IMG/VR virus record: IMGVR_UViG_3300032236_001503
Location: 64,001-128,000 of that record
Length of the DNA: 64,000 nt
Reading direction: 5' to 3' (one strand)
From: a virus
Part shown: positions 39,335 to 49,319 of the stretch, in pieces
How positions within the stretch are numbered: the first letter of the stretch is position 1
Layout of the letters: the number at the start of each line of letters is the position of its first letter
The notes under the pieces: generated by a model
What the model was told of the DNA's origin: nothing
Database searches by the model: none
What the model saw: the letters and a program-made list of their open reading frames with translations, nothing else
Made by a program: the position numbers and the translations under genes

Positions 39335-41809
39335 TTAGAATTGGTTATTAGCAACTAATTCAGTAAAGTCTACTCCTGTTTGGGTTGCGATGAAGTCACA
39401 CAAGATGAATTCAGCTGTTTTAACTGGTTGGATATAAATTGAAACCTTCAATTGATTATTATCAATGATGTCAGGTGTATTGTTTCTACTATCACATACA
39501 ATCAAGTAGTTGTATAAACCACTATTGATTTTTGCATTATCGAATATTGGCTTTAATGCAGCAACCAAGCGAGTTTGGGTTGTATATGTGTTTGGCTCAA
39601 ATACGAAGTACTTAAGTAATGATTGTGTTTGTTTTTCTAAGGTTAAGAAAAGTTCACGAACATTAACTCTATCGAAAGCAGATGGTGTTCTATAAAGAGT
39701 CTTCTGACCATATACAACATAACCTTCATTTGGGAAATATGCGATTGGGTTCAAGTTCACCTTATAGAGTAAATCTCTCTGCTTTTGTGTTGGGTTAATT
39801 GCGAGATCAACCACATTGGTCAATGCACCTCTTGTGAATCCAGCAACTGCATTCCAAGGGAATGTTTGTTGGAAAGATGTAGCCATTGCAGCTGCAACAT
39901 AACCAGATGATGGAATCCAAACTAATTTGTTAGTTGTTGCATCATTATACTTGATCCAGTTAGCGTATGTAGCAACATAACTACTATTGATTGAACCAAA
40001 CTGATTATTGAGGGGCCAGTAGATATCGTTTGAGAATACAAATCCATTATTGGATGTAACCTTGTTATCTGCACCCTGAACCAATAAATGTCTGATTGGG
40101 TCAGCGACGAAGATGTGATCTTTTCTATTATCATTTGCAAGTGATACGAATTGATCAGCAATACTTAAATAGTCAGCACCGGAACCACTTGTCCATCCTG
40201 AACCACTTCCAGTGATATCGTATAATCCAGTACCATTAGTTACTGAATCGGCACTTGTTCCAAGATTCCATTGGTAGTTATATGTTTCATCATAGAACCA
40301 AGGTAAACCTTGTGGTGTGGCAATTTGCTGCTGATAAGCATTAACACTTGCCCAAATTGTTCCTAATCCAGCTTCTACTGTAATATCAAGTTTAACGGTG
40401 TCATCATTTTGTATTCTTGATAAAACATTTTGTAACTTTAATGGAATATTACCGCAATCCTTTGTTTTATAATCAGTTTGGGACTGATAAACACCTGATG
40501 CATAAAGATTCTGACCAACTGGTGCAACTGAAACCTCTTTAGGTGGAATGTATGCACCATTACTATTTGTTGTACCTGTCCAATTTCCATATTGTGAAAT
40601 ATATGGATTGGTATGTACACTGATATTCTTAGAAGCTTTGTTTACAACATTGTCCAAGAAGAATGATACTGGTGCGCCACCGTTAGGGTTATTTTGGGTT
40701 CTATTTGAATAGAGTGAACCAACATAACCTTCAGCAACACTATATGATAATGTTACAGTATCTTGATTATAAGTTGATGTACCAATCTTAAAGAGAACGA
40801 GTGATAAACTGTCTTGATAAGATGGTGATGAGAAATTATATCCGGTTGGGAAAGTTTCTATAATCTCAGAAATACTCTGTCCACCAAAGGAATTAGCAAC
40901 CGATGTGATTGGACTTGAGATACTAAATCTACTAGCTGGTACAGTGTAATAATCTTGCTGTGTACCATTTTGATCAATAGCAACAACTGATCTTACACCA
41001 GTAATACTTGTAAAGTTTGTTGCTGGGTTAATATTTTGATTACCGCATAAACCAACATAATAACCTTCATAAAGATTATCAACACTTGTTTTTGATTCAT
41101 TGATAATGACTATACCACTACTGAAATTTGATGATAATTGTGCAAAACTAGTAATCGTTGGGAGAATGTATGAACCACCTGCACTTAATGCATTTGTTAA
41201 AGGATAATATGAAAGATTTACACCCGATGTTGAAGCATTGTATGAAACAGATGAAACGTCAGTTGCAGAATTAACATAATGTTGTGAATAGAATCCAGTT
41301 AACGCAGCAGCACTCGTTGATGGTGTTGAAATGATATTAACAGATGATAATACATAAGGACTTACACCCCATGTGATATTATTCTGTTTAATCTGAGCAT
41401 ATTGAGAATCATTCAATAAGATTGAAACTGGTTCTAATAATGTATAATTTGTTGCATTAGCAAAAAGAGGATTATCGGTTGATACAGGGTATACCAATGC
41501 ACTATGATTGCTAGTATATCCAGTGCCAGCACTTTGACCATAAGGTAATCTCACAATATTTAAATTTGCTGGTGATGTATTTAAAATCTGTCTAGCACTG
41601 TGATAGAGGTAACGCTCAGCGGCATTTGATGGAACACCAAAAACACTTTCGTATTCACTGATACTGCTTACATTAATAAGTTCATTTGTAGGTCCTTGTT
41701 CAGCAAATCCCACCGCAAGAACATTTGTATTTCCTGTTGTGTTAGTTATTAAACTAAGATCTACTTCATTAATCTGAACGCCCGGTGATGTTATGGTTAA
41801 AGTTGACAT
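39335..41809 (-). CDS. gp18: Contractile tail sheath protein (gp18-like)
   Basis: SPGVQINEVDLS, G.A..GP, FG.P, PW.A.AG..RG, NP..QRD.LY...NPI..FP..G....GQKT, AFDRVNVR.LF, FEPN...T. Confidence 0.95.
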   Translation of the reverse strand: MSTLTITSPGVQINEVDLSLITNTTGNTNVLAVGFAEQGPTNELINVSSISEYESVFGVPSNAAERYLYHSARQILNTSPANLNIVRLPYGQSAGTGYTSNHSALVYPVSTDNPLFANATNYTLLEPVSILLNDSQYAQIKQNNITWGVSPYVLSSVNIISTPSTSAAALTGFYSQHYVNSATDVSSVSYNASTSGVNLSYYPLTNALSAGGSYILPTITSFAQLSSNFSSGIVIINESKTSVDNLYEGYYVGLCGNQNINPATNFTSITGVRSVVAIDQNGTQQDYYTVPASRFSISSPITSVANSFGGQSISEIIETFPTGYNFSSPSYQDSLSLVLFKIGTSTYNQDTVTLSYSVAEGYVGSLYSNRTQNNPNGGAPVSFFLDNVVNKASKNISVHTNPYISQYGNWTGTTNSNGAYIPPKEVSVAPVGQNLYASGVYQSQTDYKTKDCGNIPLKLQNVLSRIQNDDTVKLDITVEAGLGTIWASVNAYQQQIATPQGLPWFYDETYNYQWNLGTSADSVTNGTGLYDITGSGSGWTSGSGADYLSIADQFVSLANDNRKDHIFVADPIRHLLVQGADNKVTSNNGFVFSNDIYWPLNNQFGSINSSYVATYANWIKYNDATTNKLVWIPSSGYVAAAMATSFQQTFPWNAVAGFTRGALTNVVDLAINPTQKQRDLLYKVNLNPIAYFPNEGYVVYGQKTLYRTPSAFDRVNVRELFLTLEKQTQSLLKYFVFEPNTYTTQTRLVAALKPIFDNAKINSGLYNYLIVCDSRNNTPDIIDNNQLKVSIYIQPVKTAEFILCDFIATQTGVDFTELVANNQF

Positions 41810-41821
41810 ATTTTCTAAATG

Positions 41822-41883
41822 TATTTACCCTAGAAAATACCCATTTTATAAAATCTTTTTTTATTTCTCTTTAGGAGTAAGTA
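41822..41883. promoter_or_regulatory. Divergent late promoters (sheath operon on -, small basic protein on +)
   Basis: TAAATA (-) at 41822-41827; TAAGTA (+) at 41878-41883. Confidence 0.55.
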
Positions 41884-41891
41884 ATAGTAAT

Positions 41892-42167
41892 ATGAATAAA
41901 TATGATTTATTAGTAGCTTCTATTCTTGAAGAATCAAATTGCACCAAAGTAACTCAAAAAACTCATTCAACTAGAAAAGGTAAGAAGTGGATGAAATGTG
42001 TTAAAAATCCAAAGGGTGGATATAAGAGAATCCATTGGGGACAAGCTGGTGTGAGAGTTACTGGTAAATCTGGAAATACAAAGAGAAAGAAATCATTTAG
42101 AGCTAGACATAAATGCTCATCAGCAAAACCGGGTACGCCTAAATATCAAGCTTGTAAAGATTGGTAA
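41892..42167 (+). CDS. Small basic phage protein (RKKSF.ARH.C...W family), candidate internal head protein
   Basis: RKGKKW...V, IHWGQ.G, KRKKSFRARHKC, C.DW; start at ATG 41892. Confidence 0.7.
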   Translation: MNKYDLLVASILEESNCTKVTQKTHSTRKGKKWMKCVKNPKGGYKRIHWGQAGVRVTGKSGNTKRKKSFRARHKCSSAKPGTPKYQACKDW

Positions 42168-42186
42168 TAAGTATTATAATAAAAAC

Positions 42187-42621
42187 ATGAGCAAACATTT
42201 CGAAACAGTTTTAAGAAAATATATATCAGAAGCAATTGGACAAGATGTTACAAGTCCATTAACACCAGCTGATATAGCAAATTCTGAAAAACAATTAAAC
42301 ACTGCTTCACCAGCAGTTAAAAAGGCAGCACAAACTGCTGCTCAAGCTTTAACACCAGCTAAACCATTTGAACAAATGTCACCAGTTGAGCAACTTCAAT
42401 CTATTATTGATCCAACTCATCCAGAAAATGATATATCAAAGGTTAGTCTAACACCCGAATTGGACGAGCATCTTAAAAAAGTAGGGATTAATATTGGCAA
42501 TCCAAGCAATTCTCAAACTACTCCATCAGCTTCTCAAGAAAAAGCTGGATCAGTTCAAACTAATCCTCAATCAGTTGAGGGTGGAACTACTTACGGTAGT
42601 GATAAAACACAAAATATATAA
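42187..42621 (+). CDS. Hypothetical protein, candidate internal head protein
   Basis: TAAGTA at 42168-42173; N-terminal ...YISE; low-complexity Q/P/S/T sequence. Confidence 0.6.
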   Translation: MSKHFETVLRKYISEAIGQDVTSPLTPADIANSEKQLNTASPAVKKAAQTAAQALTPAKPFEQMSPVEQLQSIIDPTHPENDISKVSLTPELDEHLKKVGINIGNPSNSQTTPSASQEKAGSVQTNPQSVEGGTTYGSDKTQNI

Positions 42622-42652
42622 CTATTACTTTTTTAATTAGTTATTAAAATTT

Positions 42653-43555
42653 ATGAGCAAAAAAATGCGCCCAAAAAAGGGTTCTGACAGGCATCAATCT
42701 GGCAGAACTCGTAATGTAACAACAACCCCAGAAAGTGGGAAACAAGAAGACAATTCACCATATGTCTTCCAAAGAGATAAAATCGCTTTTGATTTAACAA
42801 TTAAAAATTTACCTTGGACAGAAAAACAAAAGGAAATTATTGCTAGATTTTTAGATAAAGGAACAAAAGTACTCTTACTTAAAGGACCTGCTGGTACATC
42901 TAAAACAACCCTCGCAATGTATTGCGGATTAACTCTTCTTAATATGAGAAGAATTTCCGATATGGTATTGGTTCGTTCTGCTGTTGAATCATCTGATTCA
43001 AAACTTGGATTCCTACCGGGTGATGTTGCAGAAAAGTTCAACGTTTATCTAACACCATTCCATGACAAGTTTGAAGAGCTTTTAAATAAGCCACAACTTG
43101 ATAAACTGGAAAAGGATAATCGTTTAACAATTTGCCCTATTAACTTTGCAAGAGGTCTTCACTTCTCAGCAAAGTTTGTTTGTGCTGATGAAGTTCAGAA
43201 CTTTTCAAAAAGAGAAATTCACACTCTTATGAGTCGTATTGGTGAGTTTTCAAAGGTTTTCCTTTGTGGTGATCCTGAACAAAGTGATCTTCCAATTGGT
43301 AAATCGGGATTTGATAAGGTTTATAACCTTTTCAATAATGATGAAGCAAAAGAACATGGTATTTTTTGTATGGAATTAACCGAAGATGATATCGTTCGTT
43401 CTGAACTTTGTAAATTTATTACTCATAAGTTCAAGGAATTACAGCTTGCTACCCAACAAGAGGAAGCAAATAAGGCTCAACATCACAAAGAAAATTCACA
43501 TAAAGAATTTTCCGGAACCGAAAAAAGAACTTGGAATCCTTCAAGTAATAAGTAA
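42653..43555 (+). CDS. phoH: PhoH-family ATPase
   Basis: GPAGTSKT, RSAVE...LGFLPG...EK, RG, DE.QN, R.GE.SK....GD..QSD, DDIVRS. Confidence 0.95.
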   Translation: MSKKMRPKKGSDRHQSGRTRNVTTTPESGKQEDNSPYVFQRDKIAFDLTIKNLPWTEKQKEIIARFLDKGTKVLLLKGPAGTSKTTLAMYCGLTLLNMRRISDMVLVRSAVESSDSKLGFLPGDVAEKFNVYLTPFHDKFEELLNKPQLDKLEKDNRLTICPINFARGLHFSAKFVCADEVQNFSKREIHTLMSRIGEFSKVFLCGDPEQSDLPIGKSGFDKVYNLFNNDEAKEHGIFCMELTEDDIVRSELCKFITHKFKELQLATQQEEANKAQHHKENSHKEFSGTEKRTWNPSSNK

Positions 43556-43565
43556 GTATATCACG

Positions 43566-43748
43566 ATGAATAATAATCCTCAATATCAAACATTAGAGAA
43601 TCGTCCGGTCGCTTGTACATTTTGTGGTGCGCAAGTTCAAGGTAGAATAACTCCAAAGCAAGATCCAAAAACAAAGGCAATCGTACAAGAATGTCGTTGG
43701 TCTTGTGGAAGATGTGGTAATCTAGTTAGAATTGGTAACTTAAAGTAA
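43566..43748 (+). CDS. Small zinc-ribbon protein
   Basis: CTFC...CGRC; TAAGTA 7 nt before ATG 43566. Confidence 0.65.
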   Translation: MNNNPQYQTLENRPVACTFCGAQVQGRITPKQDPKTKAIVQECRWSCGRCGNLVRIGNLK

Positions 43749-43751
43749 AAA

Positions 43752-44237
43752 ATGGAATTGGATAAGATCATAACAGAAGTATATGATACTGCTAATAAGT
43801 CTTATCCTGCCTATAGCTCACCAGCTAGAAAAGATTTTTCACCTCAATCTGCCAGAAACACACCAAATTTTCCTTATCAAAAACAGGATGATTTAACTAA
43901 TCCACCACCCCAATCAGTTCCTAGTTTACCGTGGCCCCTGCAAACAGTAGTGGATGATTTAACGGATAGTTTTGTGTTTTTATCACAAGCAATGGATAAA
44001 ATTTCATCAGCAGTTAAAAACAACCCATCCTTAAACGATAAACAAAAAACAAGATTAATTCGCTTTTATAAGATAGCAAAATTATCATTAAAAGGAATTA
44101 GAAAAATTGGTTTACATATTATAGATGTTGCCAACTTAGCAAGCGAACAACCATCACAGAATCCAGTTCCACCATCAGAGTATATTCCACCTGAATCTGC
44201 TCCTATGAAAAATAGGATTAAAATAAGAGTTAGATAA
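43752..44237 (+). CDS. Hypothetical protein
   Basis: 161-aa ORF starting MELDKIITE. Confidence 0.65.
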   Translation: MELDKIITEVYDTANKSYPAYSSPARKDFSPQSARNTPNFPYQKQDDLTNPPPQSVPSLPWPLQTVVDDLTDSFVFLSQAMDKISSAVKNNPSLNDKQKTRLIRFYKIAKLSLKGIRKIGLHIIDVANLASEQPSQNPVPPSEYIPPESAPMKNRIKIRVR

Positions 44238-44245
44238 AAAAGTAG

Positions 44246-44274
44246 TTGACATGTTATTTGCAATATTGTAATAT
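44246..44274 (+). promoter_or_regulatory. Sigma70-like promoter
   Basis: TTGACA-N17-TAATAT, 7 nt before ATG 44282. Confidence 0.65.
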
Positions 44275-44281
44275 TGCTTAT

Positions 44282-44719
44282 ATGTTAAAAATAAAAATTC
44301 CTTGGATCTTTATCAGATCCACTATAACAGTATTATTTATATCCTTTATAGGATCACTAGGTGTCAAGACTATCGGTGGCAATTTTTGGGCATCCTTTGC
44401 CCTTTTTATTGCCATACAATATATTTTATTTTCTTTTGTAGCAACAATAGTTAAAAATTACATTTATCAAAAGACTCTTCAAAAAGAACTTGATGCACTT
44501 GAACCACTTTCGACCATTCTTGATTGTGCATATTGTTCAACTGCAAACGTTATGACATTCTTACCAGATCAAAATGAAAGAGCAGAATTTGTATGTACAT
44601 CTTGTGATAAAAGAAATTTAGTTAATATACAATTTGTAGTTGCTAGAATAACTGAACCCGTAAATATGCCTTCTGCAACTGGTATCCCATCCATTCAAAC
44701 TGTCGCTAATGAAAACTAA
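44282..44719 (+). CDS. Two-TM membrane protein with C-terminal zinc ribbon
   Basis: Two hydrophobic helices followed by CAYC...CTSC. Confidence 0.7.
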   Translation: MLKIKIPWIFIRSTITVLFISFIGSLGVKTIGGNFWASFALFIAIQYILFSFVATIVKNYIYQKTLQKELDALEPLSTILDCAYCSTANVMTFLPDQNERAEFVCTSCDKRNLVNIQFVVARITEPVNMPSATGIPSIQTVANEN

Positions 44720-44981
44720 TAAATCTTGGAAAGTGATAACTGAAGATAGTGCTAAATGGGCTAGATGGATGGCTTTTTACGAAGCAGTAAATATCATCAT
44801 TGATAATGCCGAAGATAAGAAAATTCCCTTAGATAAGGTTGTTTTTAAACCTTTAAAAATTAGAGAATATATCGAAGCAACCGAAGATCTCTTTCTCAGA
44901 AAGCTTCTCAGACAAGAACATAATATTGATGTTGCTTACCAAGAAGAACCTAATACAAAGGAAGAATATCAGTTTATTTAG
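44709..44981 (+). CDS. Hypothetical protein
   Basis: 90-aa ORF overlapping the upstream stop. Confidence 0.6.
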   Translation: MKTNKSWKVITEDSAKWARWMAFYEAVNIIIDNAEDKKIPLDKVVFKPLKIREYIEATEDLFLRKLLRQEHNIDVAYQEEPNTKEEYQFI

Positions 44982-45607
44982 TATTCCCCATACACACTAG
45001 TATTAGAGCATGGATTATCTATTGGGTAATGGAAGTTTCCTTCAGCTAAAGCCTCAAGAGCATCATTATCATTAACGGGTTTATTACCTTCGCCAGAACC
45101 GGGTGAACCGGGTTCGTAACTGTAATCATATCTCTTAGCTTTAAAGAACCAAACATAGTGACCACCTAATGCGTTAATAACAAACTCATCTATAACCTCT
45201 GTTAATTCATAGACAGTAGGACCTCTTTTTGGATAATTGATTCTATCGCTTCCAAATTCTGTTAATTGTAATAGATCGCTTGGTTTTGGTTCACTTGCTG
45301 TACCAAAAACTTCCGTAAAATCATCAGGGTGTAAAACACCGTTTAAATCACTATCAGCAATGATACCAAATTTAGATAACAAATATGAATCGTTACTAAG
45401 ATTTAATAAAACGATTAATGGTTTTGGTGGAGCAAATCCAGCATCTGGTTCTTCACCATAAAGTATATTAACACCAGATAATGCAGTTTTATTTTGATAA
45501 TAATTTATCAATTGACCATTAACATGGATTTGTTCTTTCCAGTAATTACTGAACAGTTGTCTTTCATTACTATTAATTCCTTTATTTAAATAGCGTAGCG
45601 ATTCCAT
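44978..45607 (-). CDS. Neck/head-closure protein (gp14-like)
   Basis: EQI...G..I.Y, LYGE.P...F, LSKFG, EPK.SDL, YE.T. Confidence 0.8.
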   Translation of the reverse strand: MESLRYLNKGINSNERQLFSNYWKEQIHVNGQLINYYQNKTALSGVNILYGEEPDAGFAPPKPLIVLLNLSNDSYLLSKFGIIADSDLNGVLHPDDFTEVFGTASEPKPSDLLQLTEFGSDRINYPKRGPTVYELTEVIDEFVINALGGHYVWFFKAKRYDYSYEPGSPGSGEGNKPVNDNDALEALAEGNFHYPIDNPCSNTSVYGEY

Positions 45608-45608
45608 T

Positions 45609-45959
45609 TTATTTTTCTAGATAAGGTTTACCTGTTATTGGATTTCTTTTTATTTTGACACCATTAGCTAATGATTTACCTTTGGTTCCAATTTTATTAA
45701 TATTGATTTTTCCACCATTAGAGCTTTTAGCTATAATCTTTTTAAGTTCAACTTGTGATGCAACTGGTACTTTTGTTTTTGGGTTGTTGTTTGCTCTCTT
45801 AACTTTTTGATTTTTTCTTTGTTCTTTTTTAATACTATCTGCCACTAATCCCATTGACTTTGGAATAACTGCACTTGCTATTTTAGATCCAGTTGCAGCT
45901 GCTATGGATTGGTGATGAGGACCACTCTTACGTTCTAAGAAAAATTGCTTGAAGTTCAT
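45609..45959 (-). CDS. Basic protein, candidate internal head protein
   Basis: Starts MNFKQFFLE; K-rich; TAAGTA at 45966-45971. Confidence 0.65.
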   Translation of the reverse strand: MNFKQFFLERKSGPHHQSIAAATGSKIASAVIPKSMGLVADSIKKEQRKNQKVKRANNNPKTKVPVASQVELKKIIAKSSNGGKININKIGTKGKSLANGVKIKRNPITGKPYLEK

Positions 45960-45976
45960 TAATATTACTTACCAAC

Positions 45977-46005
45977 AAAAAAGCCCTCCGAAGAGGGCTT
46001 TTTTT
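45977..46005 (-). terminator. Rho-independent terminator with C-UUCG-G tetraloop (possibly bidirectional)
   Basis: Minus strand reads AAAGCCCTC-TTCG-GAGGGCTTTTTT. Confidence 0.9.
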
Positions 46006-46025
46006 ATTTATGGTTTTATTTTAAC

Positions 46026-46931
46026 TTATTCTCCACGCTGATCGTCAAAGAGGAACTTACCAGCTTTTACACCCTTTGCATCATGGGATGCCTTGGCTTG
46101 AAGTTTACTTACACCTTCTTTGTTTTCGAAAGCTTCTGGCTTACCAGTTACTTTCTTACCCTTTACAACTTCAGCCTTTGTGCCAGCCTTTGGTACTGCA
46201 CCCTTAACGTTCCATGCAGTTTTCTTTGTGTGACCAGCTTCTAACTTTTCTTGGTCAACGAGAGCGTGTCCGAGAACTTCAGCATCAACAGCTTCTTCAC
46301 TGAGATCTTCATCTTCGTGTTCTGTTTCTTCTTCACCCTCTTCTCTTGAATCCTCTGGGAACTCCTCGCCCTCTTCTCCCTCTTCATGTTCGATATGACC
46401 TTCTAAGTGGGACTCAAGTTTACCAACTAATTCTTTAAGTTGTGAAACAAGGGATTCAAGATCCTCATGTTCGTCTTCTTCAAAATCTTCTACGTCATCC
46501 TCGTCACCAAATGCCTCTTCGTCACTGAGTTCTTCATCATGACCACCAAGACCTTCAGGACCACCGAAATTATCTTCTGGTTGTACACCCTCTTCTGAAC
46601 CAAATGCAAATGAATCTTCGGAAATGATCTTATTGAATAACACATCAAATGGATTTCTTGAATCCTTTAATGTTAACTTCTCACTAGCCTTGAATTCCTT
46701 TGGCTCATTTTCTGGATCTTCTGAGAGTTCAGCAGGTGCTTCAACTGGAGCTTTAACATCTTTCTTGGCTTTTTCTACGCCAGAATCTTTATAGAAAGTT
46801 TCGGTATTCTTTTTATTTTCGGAATGACCAAATGGTTCTCCAACTTTTAAGGATTGTCCTTCGACTTTTCCAGATGCTGAGTTTTCTTCAATTACCTTGA
46901 GGTAGGCTGATGTGAGAGGATCTTGTTTCAT
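46026..46931 (-). CDS. Highly charged protein, candidate prohead core/scaffold
   Basis: E/D-rich centre with K-rich flanks, own late promoter (46944-46949) and terminator. Confidence 0.55.
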   Translation of the reverse strand: MKQDPLTSAYLKVIEENSASGKVEGQSLKVGEPFGHSENKKNTETFYKDSGVEKAKKDVKAPVEAPAELSEDPENEPKEFKASEKLTLKDSRNPFDVLFNKIISEDSFAFGSEEGVQPEDNFGGPEGLGGHDEELSDEEAFGDEDDVEDFEEDEHEDLESLVSQLKELVGKLESHLEGHIEHEEGEEGEEFPEDSREEGEEETEHEDEDLSEEAVDAEVLGHALVDQEKLEAGHTKKTAWNVKGAVPKAGTKAEVVKGKKVTGKPEAFENKEGVSKLQAKASHDAKGVKAGKFLFDDQRGE

Positions 46932-46946
46932 ATGTGTTTTGAATAT

Positions 46947-47228
46947 TTACTCCTGACCTATTCCATTTTCAATATTTTTTTTAAAATGTTGATTATTATT
47001 TTTATAATATTGATTAGGTTTATCTGGACGTTCTACGCCATAAGTTAGGTTCTCAACACCTCTACAATCTTTAATATCGAAATAAAGATATTCACCCGTT
47101 TCATGTAAATGAACCAAAAATACACCATTTTGATTCATACCATAATCTATATGAATTATGGCGAATCCTTCACCCTTTGGGGTTTGAATCCAAAGGGGTG
47201 GTTCTAGTTGTAATTGTGAAACACTCAT
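46947..47228 (-). CDS. Hypothetical protein
   Basis: 93-aa ORF, QL.PP.W..TPKG.G.A...IDYG. Confidence 0.65.
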   Translation of the reverse strand: MSVSQLQLEPPLWIQTPKGEGFAIIHIDYGMNQNGVFLVHLHETGEYLYFDIKDCRGVENLTYGVERPDKPNQYYKNNNQHFKKNIENGIGQE

Positions 47229-48061
47229 GCGTTATTAATTAATAATTCTGCTTCTCTTTCGAGATTAAGAATATTTATCAACTCGTAATCATCTTGACCA
47301 GCAACCCAAATAATATTACAATCACCAACTTCAAATGGTGTATTTCTTTCTAGTATTAGTTTATACAAACAAAGCTGAAGACTATATTTACCAAGTTCAC
47401 ATTTAGGAACCGTATCAATTGGTGATAACATAGTTTCACCTTTATAACCTTGCCTTTTTATTTCCTTATTAGTTTTATAATCGAATAAGGCAAGTTTACC
47501 AGTTTTCTTATTAAATGAAAGGTTATCAATGGTTCCACAGATTTTAGTTTCTTTATCACCAACGACAAATTCAGATTTTAGAAGAATATGATCTTGTCTC
47601 CACCATTCATAAAAATTTTTAAAATTCTTAAGCATAAGAGCCATATCCATATAATATGTTGCGAGTTGATCATCGGTATATCGACCATTATGTTTTCTGT
47701 TTAAGAATTTAATAATGTCTTCCTTATCAATCGGGATAGTTCTCCTCTGATAAAATTCTTCAACCATTAAATGAAACTCGTTGCCTTTATGACAAGAGTA
47801 ATCTTTATTATATTCCCATTGCCATAAAACATCTTCAACTAATTTACCATCTCTTTTTGCAACCCTGTGTGCAATACTATTATCAAATGGTTTTTCGTAT
47901 TTTGAAATAAGTTGAGAAACAGACATTGCTGCTCTCTTACCATCAATTTCGTAATGGTGATCCTTCTCAAAAAACTTGATAGAAGAAAATGCTTCTTCTA
48001 AAAGTATTAAGCTATTAAAATTAATTTCTACCGAATCCGACGATTCTTTCTTTATCTTCAT
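47225..48061 (-). CDS. PD-(D/E)XK exonuclease (RecB/Cas4-like)
   Basis: H.Y..DG, SVS.LI, KG...H...E, SE, CGTID.L, FDYKT, Y.LQL.LY; start is either 48061 or 48076. Confidence 0.8.
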   Translation of the reverse strand: MKIKKESSDSVEINFNSLILLEEAFSSIKFFEKDHHYEIDGKRAAMSVSQLISKYEKPFDNSIAHRVAKRDGKLVEDVLWQWEYNKDYSCHKGNEFHLMVEEFYQRRTIPIDKEDIIKFLNRKHNGRYTDDQLATYYMDMALMLKNFKNFYEWWRQDHILLKSEFVVGDKETKICGTIDNLSFNKKTGKLALFDYKTNKEIKRQGYKGETMLSPIDTVPKCELGKYSLQLCLYKLILERNTPFEVGDCNIIWVAGQDDYELINILNLEREAELLINNA

Positions 48062-49235
48062 TTGTTTTTTCTTCATTTAAATCAACTTCTTTTTCCAGAT
48101 TATAAATATCAGCAACTGACATTGGTTTGGTAATGTCATCGATAGTTTTCTTTTTATATTTCAAACTCTTTGCGAGTTTTTTTGCATCCGATATTGGCAA
48201 TGCACCAAACTCGTAATCAACTTGCAATCTTCCTTTTCTCCTAAGTGCCGAATCAATTTCATTCTTTGGGCAGTTGTAAGTTAATATCACAGAAGTCTTT
48301 AAGATATCACTCATAATACCATCGGATAGATTAAGGAGAGAAGAAACCGCAGATGAATCCATACCATCACCGTGTCTTTTCATGATTGCTTTCTCCGCAT
48401 CTTCTAAAATAATAACCGAATTGGGCTTTTGAATTAAAACACTTAAGCAATTGGGATCAGAGGTAAATGTCTCAACCATAGTAGTTGGGATATAAATAAA
48501 GTCCCTATCAACCTGACTAGCAAGATATTTAATATATGTAGTTTTACCAGTACCCGGTAACCCATGAAACATAAACAACCCACTCTTATTATTTGTTAAT
48601 CTTTCTTTAATGGTTTTATCAGTTTCCAAAAACTTTGATCCATAATTAAGTTCAAGATCAATGTTTTCGGGTACATTTACACTAATAGGCTCAAATGAAT
48701 AATCACCATATTGATTCTTTATGAACAAATGAACCTTTGATCCTTCTTCTTTGGATATGAATTTTTCAAAATCTTCAAAGTGATAATCTTGAACACTAGT
48801 TGGTGCAGCTATCATAATATCATATTTTTTAGTATTAATTTTATTTTCTTTTCTAGCCTTTTCGTCTTCGTCAAAATTAAACGGAAGACCAGCAACATCC
48901 ATTGTCATGTTGTCATCTTCTTGTCCACTTGCTGAAAGTTTGATATAAATGTCTTTATAATGAAACCAAAATGTGCCACCCCTAAAATGTTTGTAATTTT
49001 TAGTTAAATGCTTTATTTTACCTGTTGAACTTGATTTAATAAGTTTGGAATTTTCCAAAAGAAAGTCAAAAACATCTTCGTTAAATTTTTCATCAATGAA
49101 GAAAAATGAAGGAGAACAGTCATAAGTTTTTGAAATGAAACGAGTTATATTAAAATCATTTCCATTTGATAATGAATACAAATCTTTATTATCTTCGTTA
49201 TGTTTGTAGATCTTGGATTCTTTTAACTTAAACAT
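48021..49235 (-). CDS. AAA+ ATPase
   Basis: GLPGTGKT, ILEDAE, LLNLSDG, ID.AL.RKGRL. Confidence 0.88.
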   Translation of the reverse strand: MFKLKESKIYKHNEDNKDLYSLSNGNDFNITRFISKTYDCSPSFFFIDEKFNEDVFDFLLENSKLIKSSSTGKIKHLTKNYKHFRGGTFWFHYKDIYIKLSASGQEDDNMTMDVAGLPFNFDEDEKARKENKINTKKYDIMIAAPTSVQDYHFEDFEKFISKEEGSKVHLFIKNQYGDYSFEPISVNVPENIDLELNYGSKFLETDKTIKERLTNNKSGLFMFHGLPGTGKTTYIKYLASQVDRDFIYIPTTMVETFTSDPNCLSVLIQKPNSVIILEDAEKAIMKRHGDGMDSSAVSSLLNLSDGIMSDILKTSVILTYNCPKNEIDSALRRKGRLQVDYEFGALPISDAKKLAKSLKYKKKTIDDITKPMSVADIYNLEKEVDLNEEKTNEDKERIVGFGRN

Positions 49236-49241
49236 CCATTA

Positions 49242-49312
49242 AATCTAACACAAATATCATATAAAGCAACAAAAAAATTCCATTTGACTTTTTGGCTTAG
49301 ATATTCGATAAT
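49242..49312. promoter_or_regulatory. Divergent sigma70-like promoters
   Basis: Minus strand: TTGCTT-N16-TAGATT, 6 nt before ATG 49235. Plus strand: TTGACT-N17-GATAAT, 7 nt before ATG 49320. Confidence 0.6.
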
Positions 49313-49319
49313 ATAAGCA

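Noticed and set aside
46290-46570. TCTTC-rich quasi-repeats
   Set aside because: They are codon-level low complexity from the Glu/Asp-rich protein on the minus strand, not an independent DNA repeat
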